A stretch of DNA of 63,795 nucleotides, counting the filler, from Vezdaea acicularis (Eukaryota), in NCBI GenBank assembly GCA_026025075.1. It is 3 parts of 3 records of this genome, joined end to end, with 100 filler letters (N's around TTAATTAATTAA, not from the genome) between each part and the next. Parts side by side here need not be neighbours in the genome. Positions count along the whole stretch, not along the records: positions 46,098 to 63,795 come from JAPEUI010000209.1; 2 more parts are not named here. One strand, 5' to 3'. Under the pieces are notes generated by a model. The model was not told the DNA's origin. It did not search any database and was given only the letters and a program-made list of their open reading frames with translations. Below, one piece after another: positions 49,340-61,299 of the stretch (within the stretch, counting starts at the first letter, position 1; each line of letters begins with the position of its first letter). The translations under genes were made by a program, and so were the position numbers.

Positions 49340-49784
49340 TAGTCACACTTGCTCACTGAACGCTACAGTGCCCGGTCAAAAAGTCTGGATCGCTCGCGTA
49401 TGGGGTCGCTTGATCTGAACGATTCAGACTTTCGACCGGGGTGCACGTGTACTATATCATTGTGTGGAATTGAAGAGGGCATAGCCTTGCGCCTCTCGAT
49501 TCTACTCCGGGCCAGTTGCGAGCAGGTTGCGGTTCGGATCTTGGCCTATCAAGCTGGGGTGGGGTTCAGCCTTGCGCTCCAACCTCTTGTGGTGAAATTG
49601 AGTATTCACCACATTTTCGCTGTTTCTCCGCTCTTTCTCCTTACAAGGGACTTCATGAACATCCACATTACTCATACCTTGCCTACTGAAGTAGCAATTC
49701 TTCCAGTTCAGTATTTCTCCATATTAGCGTGAAGCACTCTCCAATCATCTCGAGCACGTTAAAGCCTGATATTTGGGTCTAGAA

Positions 49785-51564
49785 ATGGCGGCACCTTCTC
49801 CTAGCGATCGATCTAGGCAATCCAACAAAACTAGCCTGTGCCCCTCCTTTCCCCCAACCTATGACTTTGACTTTGACACCGAATGGGAGATCGATTCTGC
49901 CCCAAAACCAATTTTCTCATGTCATATATGTGGACACAAGTACGTATCGATAGATGGTATGAAGGTGGGTTTATCAAATAATGGATGGCCCCAGAGCCCT
50001 TTTGGATAATTTGCTTTTTAGCACCACCAACTCCACTCAGGTTGTTGTTGGGCTCAATGTCCTCTATCGACCCCAAACTACGACCCTACTCCCTCCTCCT
50101 CCCCCACCTTTGAATTTGACACCAATTGGCAGATCGATTCTGCCCCAAACCCGAATTTCCCCCGTATTGTATGTGGACAAAATTTCCTGTCGATAGATGC
50201 TTTGAAGGTGGGTTTATTACATGATAAATGGCCCCAAAGCCCCTCTTGATAATTTGCTTTTTAGCACCACCAACTCCACTCAGGTTGTTGTTGGACTCCC
50301 GTTTCTCTACTAACCCCAAACTACGACCCTGCTCCTTTGAAAATACAACGGGCTTTTGAGTAAGTTCACCGAATTGTGACAGCAATCTCCTAGTTCATGT
50401 ACTAGCAGGCATTACGACTTCGGCTTCTCTGAAGTCCCTTTCAAATTTCTCTATCAACTCGGGAAAGGAGGTGCAGCCGTAGTTGACAAGGTAGAATCTA
50501 CGGAGGCCGCGTACCGGGGGCAATGCTACGCTAGGAAAACTCTTATCTTCACCGAAGATAAAGCGGAGCAGATCCAGCGCGAGGTTTCGATCCACAGATA
50601 CTTTCAACATGAAAATGTCATGCCGATTCTGTTCACATATAGAGCAGCTATAAAGGAGCGTTACCACACAAGACATCTCTATGCAATGCTGATGCCTGTG
50701 GCGGACGGCAACCTCGCTGATTTCCTGGAACATTGGGGAAATACCCCTTTATGTCCTGAAAAGGCCTCGTCTATGGACACCCTGATATGTTGGCCAAAAC
50801 AACTGGCAGATGGCTTGAACTACTTACATAATCATCCCTCAGGCACGTTAGTGCGGCACAACGACATCAAACCATCAAATCTTCTCCTTCAAGGATCAAC
50901 GATACTTTACGCAGATTTTGGGCTCTCCCGTATGTTTGATACGGGGGAGGCGACGACTACTTATACGCCAGCTGTCTCTTTCACCAAGCTTTATTCGGCG
51001 CCAGAAGTGGTAGATGGGCCGCGCAGAAGATCGTCCGACATTTTTTCGCTGGGATGCGTGTTCAGCGAGATACTTACGGTCTTCCTAGGTAAGTCAGTTG
51101 CTGAAGCTGCTAAGTTCCGCGGTCCTGAACGGGCTCGTGAATACGCTCAGCAACCAAACCAAACACTTCACTGGCTTCTTCGACTTCTGTTCTGGCAATA
51201 CAAGTTCGAGATGTTGGATTATTTCGATGTCAAAATGTGTATACTGGCCTGCTTTCGAATGCTAGAGCCACAACCCGACTTGCGAGTTACGGCCAAACAG
51301 TTATGCCTGATGCAAGGATGGGAGAGTAATCTTCAAGATGCCCCCGAACCTATCAACCCTATCTTGTCACAGTTAAGGCTACGACGGATTCCGGCCCCTG
51401 GCAACTTAGAGATTATAAGTACGGTATTGAATCGAGTTATGATCCCGGGCTTTGAGGTTTCGTGGGATGATTTGCATCATTCAGACAACTTCTTGGAAGA
51501 AATCTGGCATTATATCTTTCCATTAGGGCCAGATTGCTTCCAAATTCCCGTTCTCTATTCCTGA
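49785..51564 (+). CDS. Ser/Thr protein kinase with N-terminal duplicated C2H2-like zinc finger (about 538 aa); exons 49785-49964, 50022-50207, 50265-50359, 50409-51564
   Basis: Gly loop LGKGGAAVV, YARK lysine, alphaC REV, RHNDIKPSNLL, ADFGLS, YSAPE and SDIFSLGCVF. Upstream exons splice in frame through 57/57/49-nt introns. Confidence 0.78.
49851..50331 (+). repeat. Tandem duplication of an exon-intron-exon unit, period 243 bp
   Basis: Both copies carry GATCGATTCTGCCCCAAA...TGTGGACA...TCGATAGATG...TGAAG|GTGGGTTTAT...GATAATTTGCTTTTTAG|CACCACCAACTCCACTCAGGTTGTTGTTGG...ACCCCAAACTACGACCCT. Confidence 0.9.
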
Positions 51565-51605
51565 TGACTAGTCACGGTATATGTTACGGCACGAAATGCG
51601 ATATA

Positions 51606-51848
51606 CAGTGGGGGGGTCGTAAGTGTTGTACATTTACGAGACCGCTAATAAATGGCATAACACCCGGGAATCAAGAACTGCCTGCACTCCATGAGGCATC
51701 GATTCAATTGATATATTGAAGACCTCCCCAGTTAATCTGTGAGCTGGGTTTCTTACGAATGGATTCGTTGATCGCCGCGATTAGGGCATGATTAATGTCG
51801 GAGGCACAATTTCGCGAATGTACGAACAAGACTTACGACCCCCCACTG
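51606..51848 (-). mobile_element. 243-bp MITE, copy B, inverted relative to copy A (TA-flanked)
   Basis: TA-CAGTGGGGGGGTCGTAAGTGTTGTACA...GACTTACGACCCCCCACTG-TA. Its reverse complement aligns to copy A over its length with about 23 substitutions (hand count) plus 4- and 13-nt indels. Confidence 0.9.
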
Positions 51849-54800
51849 TAACAACATGGAGAGATGGACATATATGGCCTTTGCAGTCTTACAACGCTTC
51901 GAAATGTAAGCACGACGGCTATCAAGCTATCTTCTACTATTCATGCTCAAACTTTGGCTTGGTGAAACGGACAACCTCTCATAGGCAAGGCTCTCTTCAT
52001 GTCAGGAACTTCCTAATACATGAGAGTTCAATTAGGGACTTCCTCACACATGAGGTACTAATGGCAACTTCTCATGCTGCAATACTCAACGCATAGAGGA
52101 GTGTCATTACGTGGCCCTCATTACGAATCGCGATCAGACAATTTGCGTGAGTAATAAGACAGCACTTATGGCATCATCTCACGTAGCGACAGAGAAATTG
52201 TTTCGCGGCTTGGAGACTTTGATGTTTTTCATTGGCACGCACACATTTGCTTGGTAACAACGAGCTATATGCCTTCACATGAAGTGAGGCAATCAGGATA
52301 TCTAAAGCCACTTTAGACAATTCATGGAGTTTGACCAAACCGGACAAAACGTTGTGACTTATTGACAATGCAATACATGGCTTATTCCACTAAGGGAGTT
52401 TTGGATGGAAGTTCGTATCTAGATACGAATAGCTGAAACTATACGAAGCTCCTCTGGATGAAACCCCGTTGCAGGCCCTCGCACGCCCGCTCAGCAACTA
52501 TCGGGTAACGGATAGCTCCGGCCTGGTAAGAGACAAGGGTATTTCCCACGACAAGTATTCCTCCGTGCCCTGAAAACTGGGTGAAGCCGAATCCCTCGCT
52601 CGTGGGATATCGCCACAGAAGGAATACACCGCCTTTTCTTCCTAGGGAATGAGGTTCATAGCTCGTGACGTCGGTGTTTTCCTCCTTTTTGATCGAGGGT
52701 GTGTAGAACTTGTTACATGAGGCGGAGGAGCCAGTGTTCAATCTGCCATGCGGTAGTAGAAGCTGCCCTCCATCAGTCAGGACGCTCACTGACACAGTAG
52801 TCGATACGGAGGACCTCTCGGGCAAAAGCTAGGGAGGATCCAGTACTTGTGCGGCACTGAAAGGCACAGCGCCCGTATTCCTGACAGGCTTTTCAGCCAT
52901 AGTATCAGATGATGCAACATTTGTTGACACTGGGCTTAGGATTGCAACTCATGACCTCGTTGCTGATGCGGATCGAAGCCAAGGTTTGGAGCGTGGGGGA
53001 GAACTTGGCTGTTACTGATGATTTAGAAACGAGAGATTGTGACCGCCGTCTACGAGAGACTACGCTGGATTAGGATTCGAGTTCCTTATACTCGTTGGCA
53101 AAGCAAGCCTTCAAGTTTACGTCAGCGGCATAGTCGGTGTGAAATTCAATGAGGAAGACTTTGCAATAGCCTGGCTATGAATGCCATACCGAAAGCGATG
53201 CAGAGCAGCCTTTGTTCTTGTTCCCGATCTTATCGCATACAAAAGAAACTGACTGACTCGGGCGTCCTGGCCTTCTCGTACAAGTAGATCAAAATTCTGT
53301 TTCATATCGCATGGAAACTCGGTCTATGAGAGTGGCCCACACCTAGTTATGGAATGACAGGATTCCTGCCTCGCACCGGGTTCTCTGCACAGTGCCATAT
53401 CGCAAACACTCGTCGTAAAATTGCGCATTCCGGTCGCATATGTTGCACAAGGAGCTCATGGTGTGGGACTGTGGGTTGCCTCGACCAGCCGGAATCAAGC
53501 ACACTTCGGACCAGGCTTTGGCCGCTCGCCCCAAATATACAATACTTGCTCGAAAGGCAGAGGCCTCCAAACAATGAGAGTTTGTTCTACAAATGTCTGG
53601 TCGAAGATAGATGCACTCTATGATACAAAGGTTTGCCTCACTCATAAGTTGATGAGTGATGATACCTTGATATAGTCACATGACGGCATTCGATGAGTAT
53701 CGGAAAGCAAGGCGAGACTGACCCCCCCCGCGAATTTGGAGTGAGCACCCACACCAAAAGATAGCAATCGCCACTCCCATTCGTCCGGGAGCAAAATGCC
53801 TCAACTTCTCATTCCGATTTTTCATATATTGAAAGGCAGACACCCTTACGTTTACATTCTGCCACACGGAGGCGAGCGCCTAATTACGTCGCTTAGAAAT
53901 CGTTCACGCCCCATGTGGCCGCGCGATGACCCGAGATTCAAAGTCTCTGAGCTGCCACCTAGAGGAAATCAAGCCTATCAAATGCAAGTATCATTCGGTA
54001 CCGTCACACGGCTGACACAAGTTTTATAGGATGGAAAAAGTATCGTTTTTCCGGCAAGTTTCACGGGAAAGATGCTATGTATCCATTGAGGTTAGCGGGA
54101 TCTGCAGCAGAGTCTGGCCGCCCTTGCGACCGGGTTTAGGGGTTCTCGACATTCTGCAAATGCGGTCCTGACCTTTCAACAGCGCAGATTCCTTCGCATA
54201 TTATTGCGGAACTGCAGCTATGCAGTCTTACTCGAGATCGGGATCTCGGGGGATTCGTTTGAGATTGGGGCCTGAGCAATAGGTCCAATGCGCTGGGCAA
54301 CATCTGAAGCGCAATGTTCCGCCATTGCGATCGGACTCATTGGCCAGACTCATTGGCCAGTAGCACAGCACAGCTCATACCGTGCCAACGTATTGTGTCT
54401 CACCCCTTACCTGGGCGGGAAGATCTACTGTAAGGAGGTCCAACAAGCTTACCAACGTGTCCATGTAGCCGTCCGGGACACGGATAGGTCGTTTGCAGAT
54501 GGATACGCATTGAACCCATCGCACTGCTATCGTAGTGGTGCCAGGTATGGCATATGGGAATAGCAAACAGAGGACAATGTGTCGTGCTGTATATCGTCGT
54601 CGATTAGACTACTGTGCAGTAGAAGCAGATCACACGTGTTCACTTTAGGTTTAGGTCGTCAGATTCCGGCCCGAATGCAGGCTAAGTTAGTGGGCGGCCC
54701 GATCGGTTTAGCTTTTGCTGCACGCTTTGGTACTCCGCACACACGGACGAATCCTGCGAGCAGATCATTAGCCGCCGAAAATATTAATTTCCAGCCTTGC

Positions 54801-55147
54801 GCGACTGCAGTAAACAAACTAGAACTGGGCCGTGATAATAATCATCGACACACAAGAGACTAAAGGTTGAATATAGAGAAAGGAATGACTTGTAGTTAGA
54901 CTGAAAAGAAAATTCGAGATCCTTGAGGTATCTCGGAGCCACAAAAAGAGTGCAGATATCCTGCCTCCTGATCCGTAGCAATCAATAGCTGTGTATCCAA
55001 GCTCCTGTTCCATGACCATTTACTCCTTGTAGCAATGCTCAAACCGTGCCTAATCTTACACAATGAAATTTATGCCCCAAGACTCCTTCGGGTCGCCCCG
55101 AGAGCCATCCGAAACCCATAACGTTACACAAGATAGAAAGGACGGAA

Positions 55148-57013
55148 CTAAACAAAAAGATCATCAATGAGGCAGCATATAGCTGCTGATTGAATCCAGG
55201 GGCGGCCTTGCTCTCGGTTAAGAACCCATTGGTATGTCAGACGCCAGGCGGTATCGAGTTTGGGATCGGCGGCGTTAAGGGGTCTGTGAAAAAATATTGG
55301 TTCCGATAGAGATCTCGGTCGGTTGCGAGGGTCAAAGAGTCTCAAAGGGATAGAGCTTGATTCGAGGGGTCTTTCATGGGAATCGCTATGATGATTATAG
55401 AGTACAGGGTGATTTCCATCAACGCTACGTGTGAACAAGTCGAGGTTTGATGCAGTCGGTTCGATGTGCTCCGTTTCTGGTCCAGAAAGGTCTGAGTCCT
55501 GACTACTATCATCAGTGAGCCAATTCATGAACACCTTGGTTGCAAGAGCAGATTCATCTTCCAGCAGAAGTGAGGGAAGCCCGGCGTTGGCCATATATGA
55601 GAAGATGAAACTCTGGTAAAGCCAGACTCCCATCAGAGTAGACCGAAGTATATGAAGAAGCCATCGATTGACTCTATCTCGAGGGGAGCTGAATCGAACT
55701 AGAAGAGCTCCTTCAGCTCGCGCAATGATTTGATGATTTGCATCGTTGTCGCTGAGAGGAAACAAGAGGGGATTGCGATGCGGTTCGAGATTGGCCGTGT
55801 TGAGCTCGAACAGGCTACCATCATCAGAGGATGAATCATCGTCCATCACGGCTTCCCGCCTCAGTCGCGCCGCCTCTTGTTCGACTACTTCGAGCTTCAT
55901 TAAGTTTTCATGTACTTTCTCCGAATAAATATCGGTGTTCGAGCTATCGACTCTAGTGAAACCGCCGTTCACATCAGATAGGCGATCACCTTGTTTAGAT
56001 ACCGTCTGGTTTCTCCGGAGCTCCTGAATCTCTCCACTTATAGCACTTGCCTTGCTTAGTTCCGAAATATAACTCTCCATAGCGTCTGATGAGCTCTCCG
56101 TCATGAAGCGGACGAAAACGCCAGACTTCGAACTCAAGTCGTTACGACTTTCGTAGTCGTCGTTGTGACTAGATGCTGATGCTAGAGAGTGTAGCACACT
56201 CGCTGAACCGTTGCTCCCTGACTCACGAGACTTTCTCTCTTTATACTTGTTCACATGGTTATCCTCTAAAACTTGGAGGTCGTACTCTTCAAGATCTAGT
56301 CTATCTTCCAAGTCATTATAAGTAGCCTCAAGGGCGCCGTAAAGATCTTTGGCTGCAACGACACGTTCATAAAGGTCAAGCAGCTCCTTGTATTTAGTAT
56401 CAGCGTCCAAGGATACGCGAGATATCCAATAGGTAGAGTAGAAAATCTGCGCGGCCTTAACAAATTCTGCCTCGATGCTACTAGCTTCGTCTCTCGTCTC
56501 GCGGAGTTGGGCTCGCTTTAGTCGAAGCGAGTTCCGTGATCTACTGACGTGCCCAAGACGCGCTGAGATCTTTTGAACTCTCTGTGAGTGCCTCCGAATA
56601 CCATTCGACCATCCGGAAGACTGGGTTGGACGATGGCGCCTTGGGCTTTGAGGTGTGTTCCCGACAGAATGGATAGAAAGTTCGCTTCCTGCAACTATAT
56701 CTTCGTTAGCGCTGGACCTAGTGGTTACAGATATCGAGCGTTGGATATGCTCTATAAATGATGGTGATTCTTGGTCCACGGGGAGATTCGAAGGTTGGCT
56801 TCTACTGTCTTTAAACTCGGAGGTAGTTTCGTGATGGTCAAGAGCAGTGCTCTGGGTTGATCTATGAGCCATCGTGTACACATGTGGGCCTTTGACTTCT
56901 TTGCTTGTCCGCCCCGAACGCTCCGAAAAGCTCTTGGGGGTGGTTATAGAGGGCTGAATATCAGAGGAGAAAGGGTCATTGTTAGGATCATCTTCGGCCG
57001 TGCCAGTTGCCAT
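55148..57013 (-). CDS. Hypothetical coiled-coil protein (621 aa)
   Basis: Long uninterrupted ORF with heptad-like segments (LLDLYERVVAAKDLYGALEATYNDLEDRLDLEEYDLQVLE) and a C-terminal RDRVNRWLLHILRS motif. Confidence 0.72.
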   Translation of the reverse strand: MATGTAEDDPNNDPFSSDIQPSITTPKSFSERSGRTSKEVKGPHVYTMAHRSTQSTALDHHETTSEFKDSRSQPSNLPVDQESPSFIEHIQRSISVTTRSSANEDIVAGSELSIHSVGNTPQSPRRHRPTQSSGWSNGIRRHSQRVQKISARLGHVSRSRNSLRLKRAQLRETRDEASSIEAEFVKAAQIFYSTYWISRVSLDADTKYKELLDLYERVVAAKDLYGALEATYNDLEDRLDLEEYDLQVLEDNHVNKYKERKSRESGSNGSASVLHSLASASSHNDDYESRNDLSSKSGVFVRFMTESSSDAMESYISELSKASAISGEIQELRRNQTVSKQGDRLSDVNGGFTRVDSSNTDIYSEKVHENLMKLEVVEQEAARLRREAVMDDDSSSDDGSLFELNTANLEPHRNPLLFPLSDNDANHQIIARAEGALLVRFSSPRDRVNRWLLHILRSTLMGVWLYQSFIFSYMANAGLPSLLLEDESALATKVFMNWLTDDSSQDSDLSGPETEHIEPTASNLDLFTRSVDGNHPVLYNHHSDSHERPLESSSIPLRLFDPRNRPRSLSEPIFFHRPLNAADPKLDTAWRLTYQWVLNREQGRPWIQSAAICCLIDDLFV

Positions 57014-58685
57014 GAACCATGGGAAGGGTCTCGGATCCTGTTAGTGAGGATCCCTAGCCGCGAGGTTTTAGGAGTCTAGGGTGGTCTTACGGAAAGAAGC
57101 GATCCATCCTTCACATATTTCTATTGGATACCATGGCAAAGAAATCACATTAGTCAGGAGATTAGGAAGAGTCATCCGCCGAAGCAGCTGGGACGACACT
57201 TTGCCACGCTGTAGGGGTGAATGAGTGAATCTTCGTCTCCGAAAGGTAAGGAGCGCGATCGCAAGAATGATGTGGCACGCCGGAGCGAAAAGCAGGCTTC
57301 CAAGATGGGGCGAACGCTCTACTCAATTTTGGCCAGCCCAAATCACTCATCATGCGGCTCACCGATTTGACAGATACAGTGGTCACATAGCTCACGGCGC
57401 ATCGCGGTGTCATGGCTGTATGGGGCCCGATTAGGTTACCTTTCGGGGAGCACCCCACCCCACGGCCAGTCGCACATCGTTCCACGCTAGTAGGGGTTGA
57501 CCATGTCGTTATTTCGCTGGTAGGGGGTGAATATTGGCATGGATCCGTCCATCTCGGCTGTGCGACCAGGACCGAGCCCGTCCATTTTTCAGTCCCACAG
57601 GAGTCGAGCGTTGCTCCTCTTGCTCGGCTTGTTTGGGGGGGGGAAACTGATCCAGATATTTCAAGCCCTTGGATCCGAATAGCGTTGGCAAAGAACCGAT
57701 ATCAAATTCAAATAGGTGGACATTTCACAGTATTCCGTCCAGTGACAACGTCGATTTAAATTGTCTGTAGGTCATGCGGGCGGAAACCGTTACCAAATGA
57801 ATTGTGTACGAGTAAAGGCGACATGCGACGATATATCCCCACGGTCGACGGACCACTTGACGAAAACGCGCAGCGGATCCGCGTAAACTGCCCCAGCGCT
57901 CATTTGTTGGAAATATCTTTCGAAGAGGTGGACGTGTGAAAGGTCCACGGCTTCGCGCACCGAATGTCGATCCAACGAGATCGAAGGACAATGAGGCCGA
58001 CTTTTCGCTCTCCCGCTTCATTCCGGCATTGATTGCGCCTTCCGCATTGGAGGGACCTTGCTCAGTGGCATATCTTGATATTTGGGCAGAGTTTCCCGGG
58101 CGCATGGAAGGATCCTCAGGAGATGATCAGAGAGAACGAACCCGCAAAATCTAGGGTCGTCCCGCGCGGGAATCCAAAGTGGTTGTAATCCGGCAACTGC
58201 GAGGTGGCACCTACTTACGGTCATTGGCTATTTTAGTCAGTTGATTCAAGATCAGTCTACTCCTCGACGGGGATGTTTTCACCAAACCCCCACTAAGCCA
58301 GCCCCGCACCCTCTGCATCAACTGCCTCAGAAGGATGCATTCTGGTGGCAGTCTGCGACACACCCGAATCCGGATTGGCCGCCACATATGCTGCTGCGAT
58401 AGCTTTAAGCCTGCTGGTTGTTGGGGGAGTCATCTAGTCTACGGGCACATGTCCAGATATCAAGGATATGATCCAACATATGCTTCTGATTTGTCTGTCC
58501 ATCCCTGCCAAAACCAGGCCATCACACCACTCTCCCATTCGCCTTCCAGCTTCAATGATTGTGGTACTGCCTAAGAGCCTCATTATGGTTTATAGAGCCG
58601 CTCCATTCGCCCAATATGGGCACCCGAGTAGTAAGATTAACTATTCCATGGTGGACGGCCAACTTGAGGTGCGCCCTCTCGAACG

Positions 58686-60279
58686 ATGTCTACAACAGGA
58701 TGGGAGTGGGATCCGGAGAAGCAGTTGAGTTATCGTACAGAACTCGACAAATATGGTAATCCCCTTGTCTAACTTATGAGACGTACTCGCTAACGAGAGA
58801 TGATATCGTAGGTCGACCTCAAAGGAAGTATTATATGACTCAACCCCAGTCTCAATATAGGTAAGCTCTATCGAACGAACGTCGAAGATCGCCGTTCTTG
58901 AAAGCCCACTTGTGATGTTAGCAATCAGATTGACCCCACGCAGTCCAAATTACCCTCGATACCTTCCGGAGTCCACCACAAAAGGTGTAGATTCGACTTA
59001 CGGTACCTCTGATACTCAGGGACCATATAACAGCACATATGGTACCTATCCTGGTAACCAGGACACTAGAAATAACCCGTCATATGGAGGAAATGTCTAC
59101 GGGTATCAACAGGATGCCACCGGCCAGGCTGCTCAGTACATAGATCAGCCATCCACAACAGCTCCATATGAGGATTATCAAAGTGAATCCGCCGTACCTA
59201 ATCAGCAAGGCGTCGGCGAAGCATCGGCGGGAATAGACTATTCCCAAGACATTCGGTATAATACACGCTACCAGCCAAATACTTATTACGAGCAAATTCC
59301 CCAAAATCCGCCGACGTCTCAAGACGCGCACAGGGTTGCCAGCTCCCAGCTTTATGTGCCTCCGGAGGACACTGAGATTAAGAACGTCGCCTACGGGACA
59401 GAGAGCCGAGATGGTGGGGGCAGCTCCAGAAGAAGAAAGTCTAGCAGCAGCACTACACGATCCAATGGCGCTAAAAAGGACGGCAGTTACGCGATGACAA
59501 ACATAGTGGAGAAATTTGGCCAGATGACAACTAACCCAGAAACGGTATTTGAAAATGAGTACGTGAACGAAGATACGCGGCCTTCTCGGAACTCACGAAG
59601 TAGGCGGAAGAATACAAGCACGAGAGGGGGCCAAAAAAATGAGAGCGCTGAAGGTGGCACTATTCCAGGTGCGAGGCGCATCAGAGGCACTGATGGAGCT
59701 GAGAAGCCCCTTGATCCAAGTAAGTAATTGTTGAATTTCTGCAAGACAATATCTAATGAGTGGCAAGGTTATAAGCTGCAAGACAAGAGCTTATTTGCCG
59801 TTGGCAACATTATTTCATGCCTTTGGTCCGAGCCAGCTGGGACGCAACCGCCTAGCGCAAAGACCGTAGCTGAACTAGATAACGTCCTCTTGTACACGAC
59901 GAAATACGGGGAGAAGGTCTATTCCACTATACGTCGCTTCGTTGTGGTAAAAGAAAGGAACATGTGCTGCTACTGCCTTCCGATATGCACCTACGGCGGC
60001 AATGGGACATCCCGGAAGGGCATGGACGCCAAATTGCACGCGATTATCTACATGTCCGGCACCCAACCCACCGCCGTCAAAGGTGAGCCGAGAATCAACA
60101 ACGAACCCATCGAAGTTGGAATCTATCCAAATGAAGCGAGCCTCAAATACGCCTCACGACTCAATTACGGAAAGCTGTATACGATTGAGCATAACGTCAA
60201 GATGAAGGTGGTCGGCTACGTTGCCGAGTTGTCGGTGCCTAAGGTCGTCCGGACCTGGGAAAGACTCATCTTGGAATAA
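58686..60279 (+). CDS. DUF6590-domain protein; exons 58686-58755, 58812-58860, 58929-59719, 59768-60279
   Basis: N-terminal WEWD mini-domain and Y/Q/G-rich linker, then LDPSY...F.VG.I...LWSEPAG...YSTIRRFVVV...CYCLPICTYGGNG...HAIIY...SRLNYGKLYTIEHNVK. Confidence 0.82.
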
Positions 60280-61299
60280 GACTCGTTTGGGCCCGGGGGG
60301 GGGGGGTTGGAGGGTCCATTTAGGCAGCCAATATGTCAGACCACCCTATTTTCCTATCCCCTGAGCCAATCGAGCGGAAGAGCACCAGCTTTTCCGCCTA
60401 TTTGCGACGGTCGCTTGCATCTTCCCACTCATGCAAGCAGCCCCGGGATGACTGTTGGATCCCGGTGGCGATTATTATACGTTTGACGCAGGCAGGTATC
60501 TGCCTTGCTGTCATCTGGGTTCTGTCTCTCTCTCTCATCGTGAGAGACTTTTCCCATCGGTTATCACGATTTTCCTTCCTTCTTTCCTTTTTCCTTTTGT
60601 TGTTTTGCCTTCGCTTTCTTGTCTCCTCGCCCCGTCCCATTTTTGCTTTTTTTGTCTTCGTTACGAACCCTCTAACCTCCCCCCCCCCCTTTTTTTAGCA
60701 CAGCCCCTTTTCTCGGTTATCTTTCACTATCCTTCTCCACTCTTTCCTAAACTGTCCCCCCTCCTCTCTTTTCCCAAACACCCCTTGCCTTTTCACACCT
60801 TCCCTTTCCTCTACTCCCCCGTCTCATCTTCTTCTCATTTACGAATCCCCAATCTTATTCCCTTACACCAAATTGGAAAAGCCCCCTCAACATTCGACAG
60901 CCTGATGAAAAAACTTGACCCAGTCAACCATTTTTCTTTTCCTTTTCTTTCTCTCGCCTATTTCACCTTCTTCGTAGTATTCTTAACGAAACGAATTTAA
61001 CGAACTTTGGTCCTATGGCTAAACGTCCCGTAATCGCTGCATTCGTGTGCCATTTCGTGAACGCGAGTCCGCCCGACCATTTCGGCCCAGAATATCACGT
61101 GTGATAGTATGACTTCTCACGGCCATCAGTGTTTAGGGTATCAAAAGATCTTTCCATTGCCTTTTCCCGTGCTAAGCTATGCCAAAAAAAAACCACAAAA
61201 AAAAGGCGCTCATGATGTCCCCAATACCCAAAACACCGCGCTAAAAAAAATGCATTATCATATGCTCTACCCCCCTTGTAAAGACAACCAAAATGAAGA

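Noticed and set aside
52412..52429. Perfect 18-bp palindrome TTCGTATCTAGATACGAA
   Set aside because: Single occurrence with no context; a palindrome of this length in 64 kb is not improbable.
52100..53330. Broken minus-strand ORF fragments that might be a pseudogene
   Set aside because: No recognisable domain; cannot be supported without a homology search.
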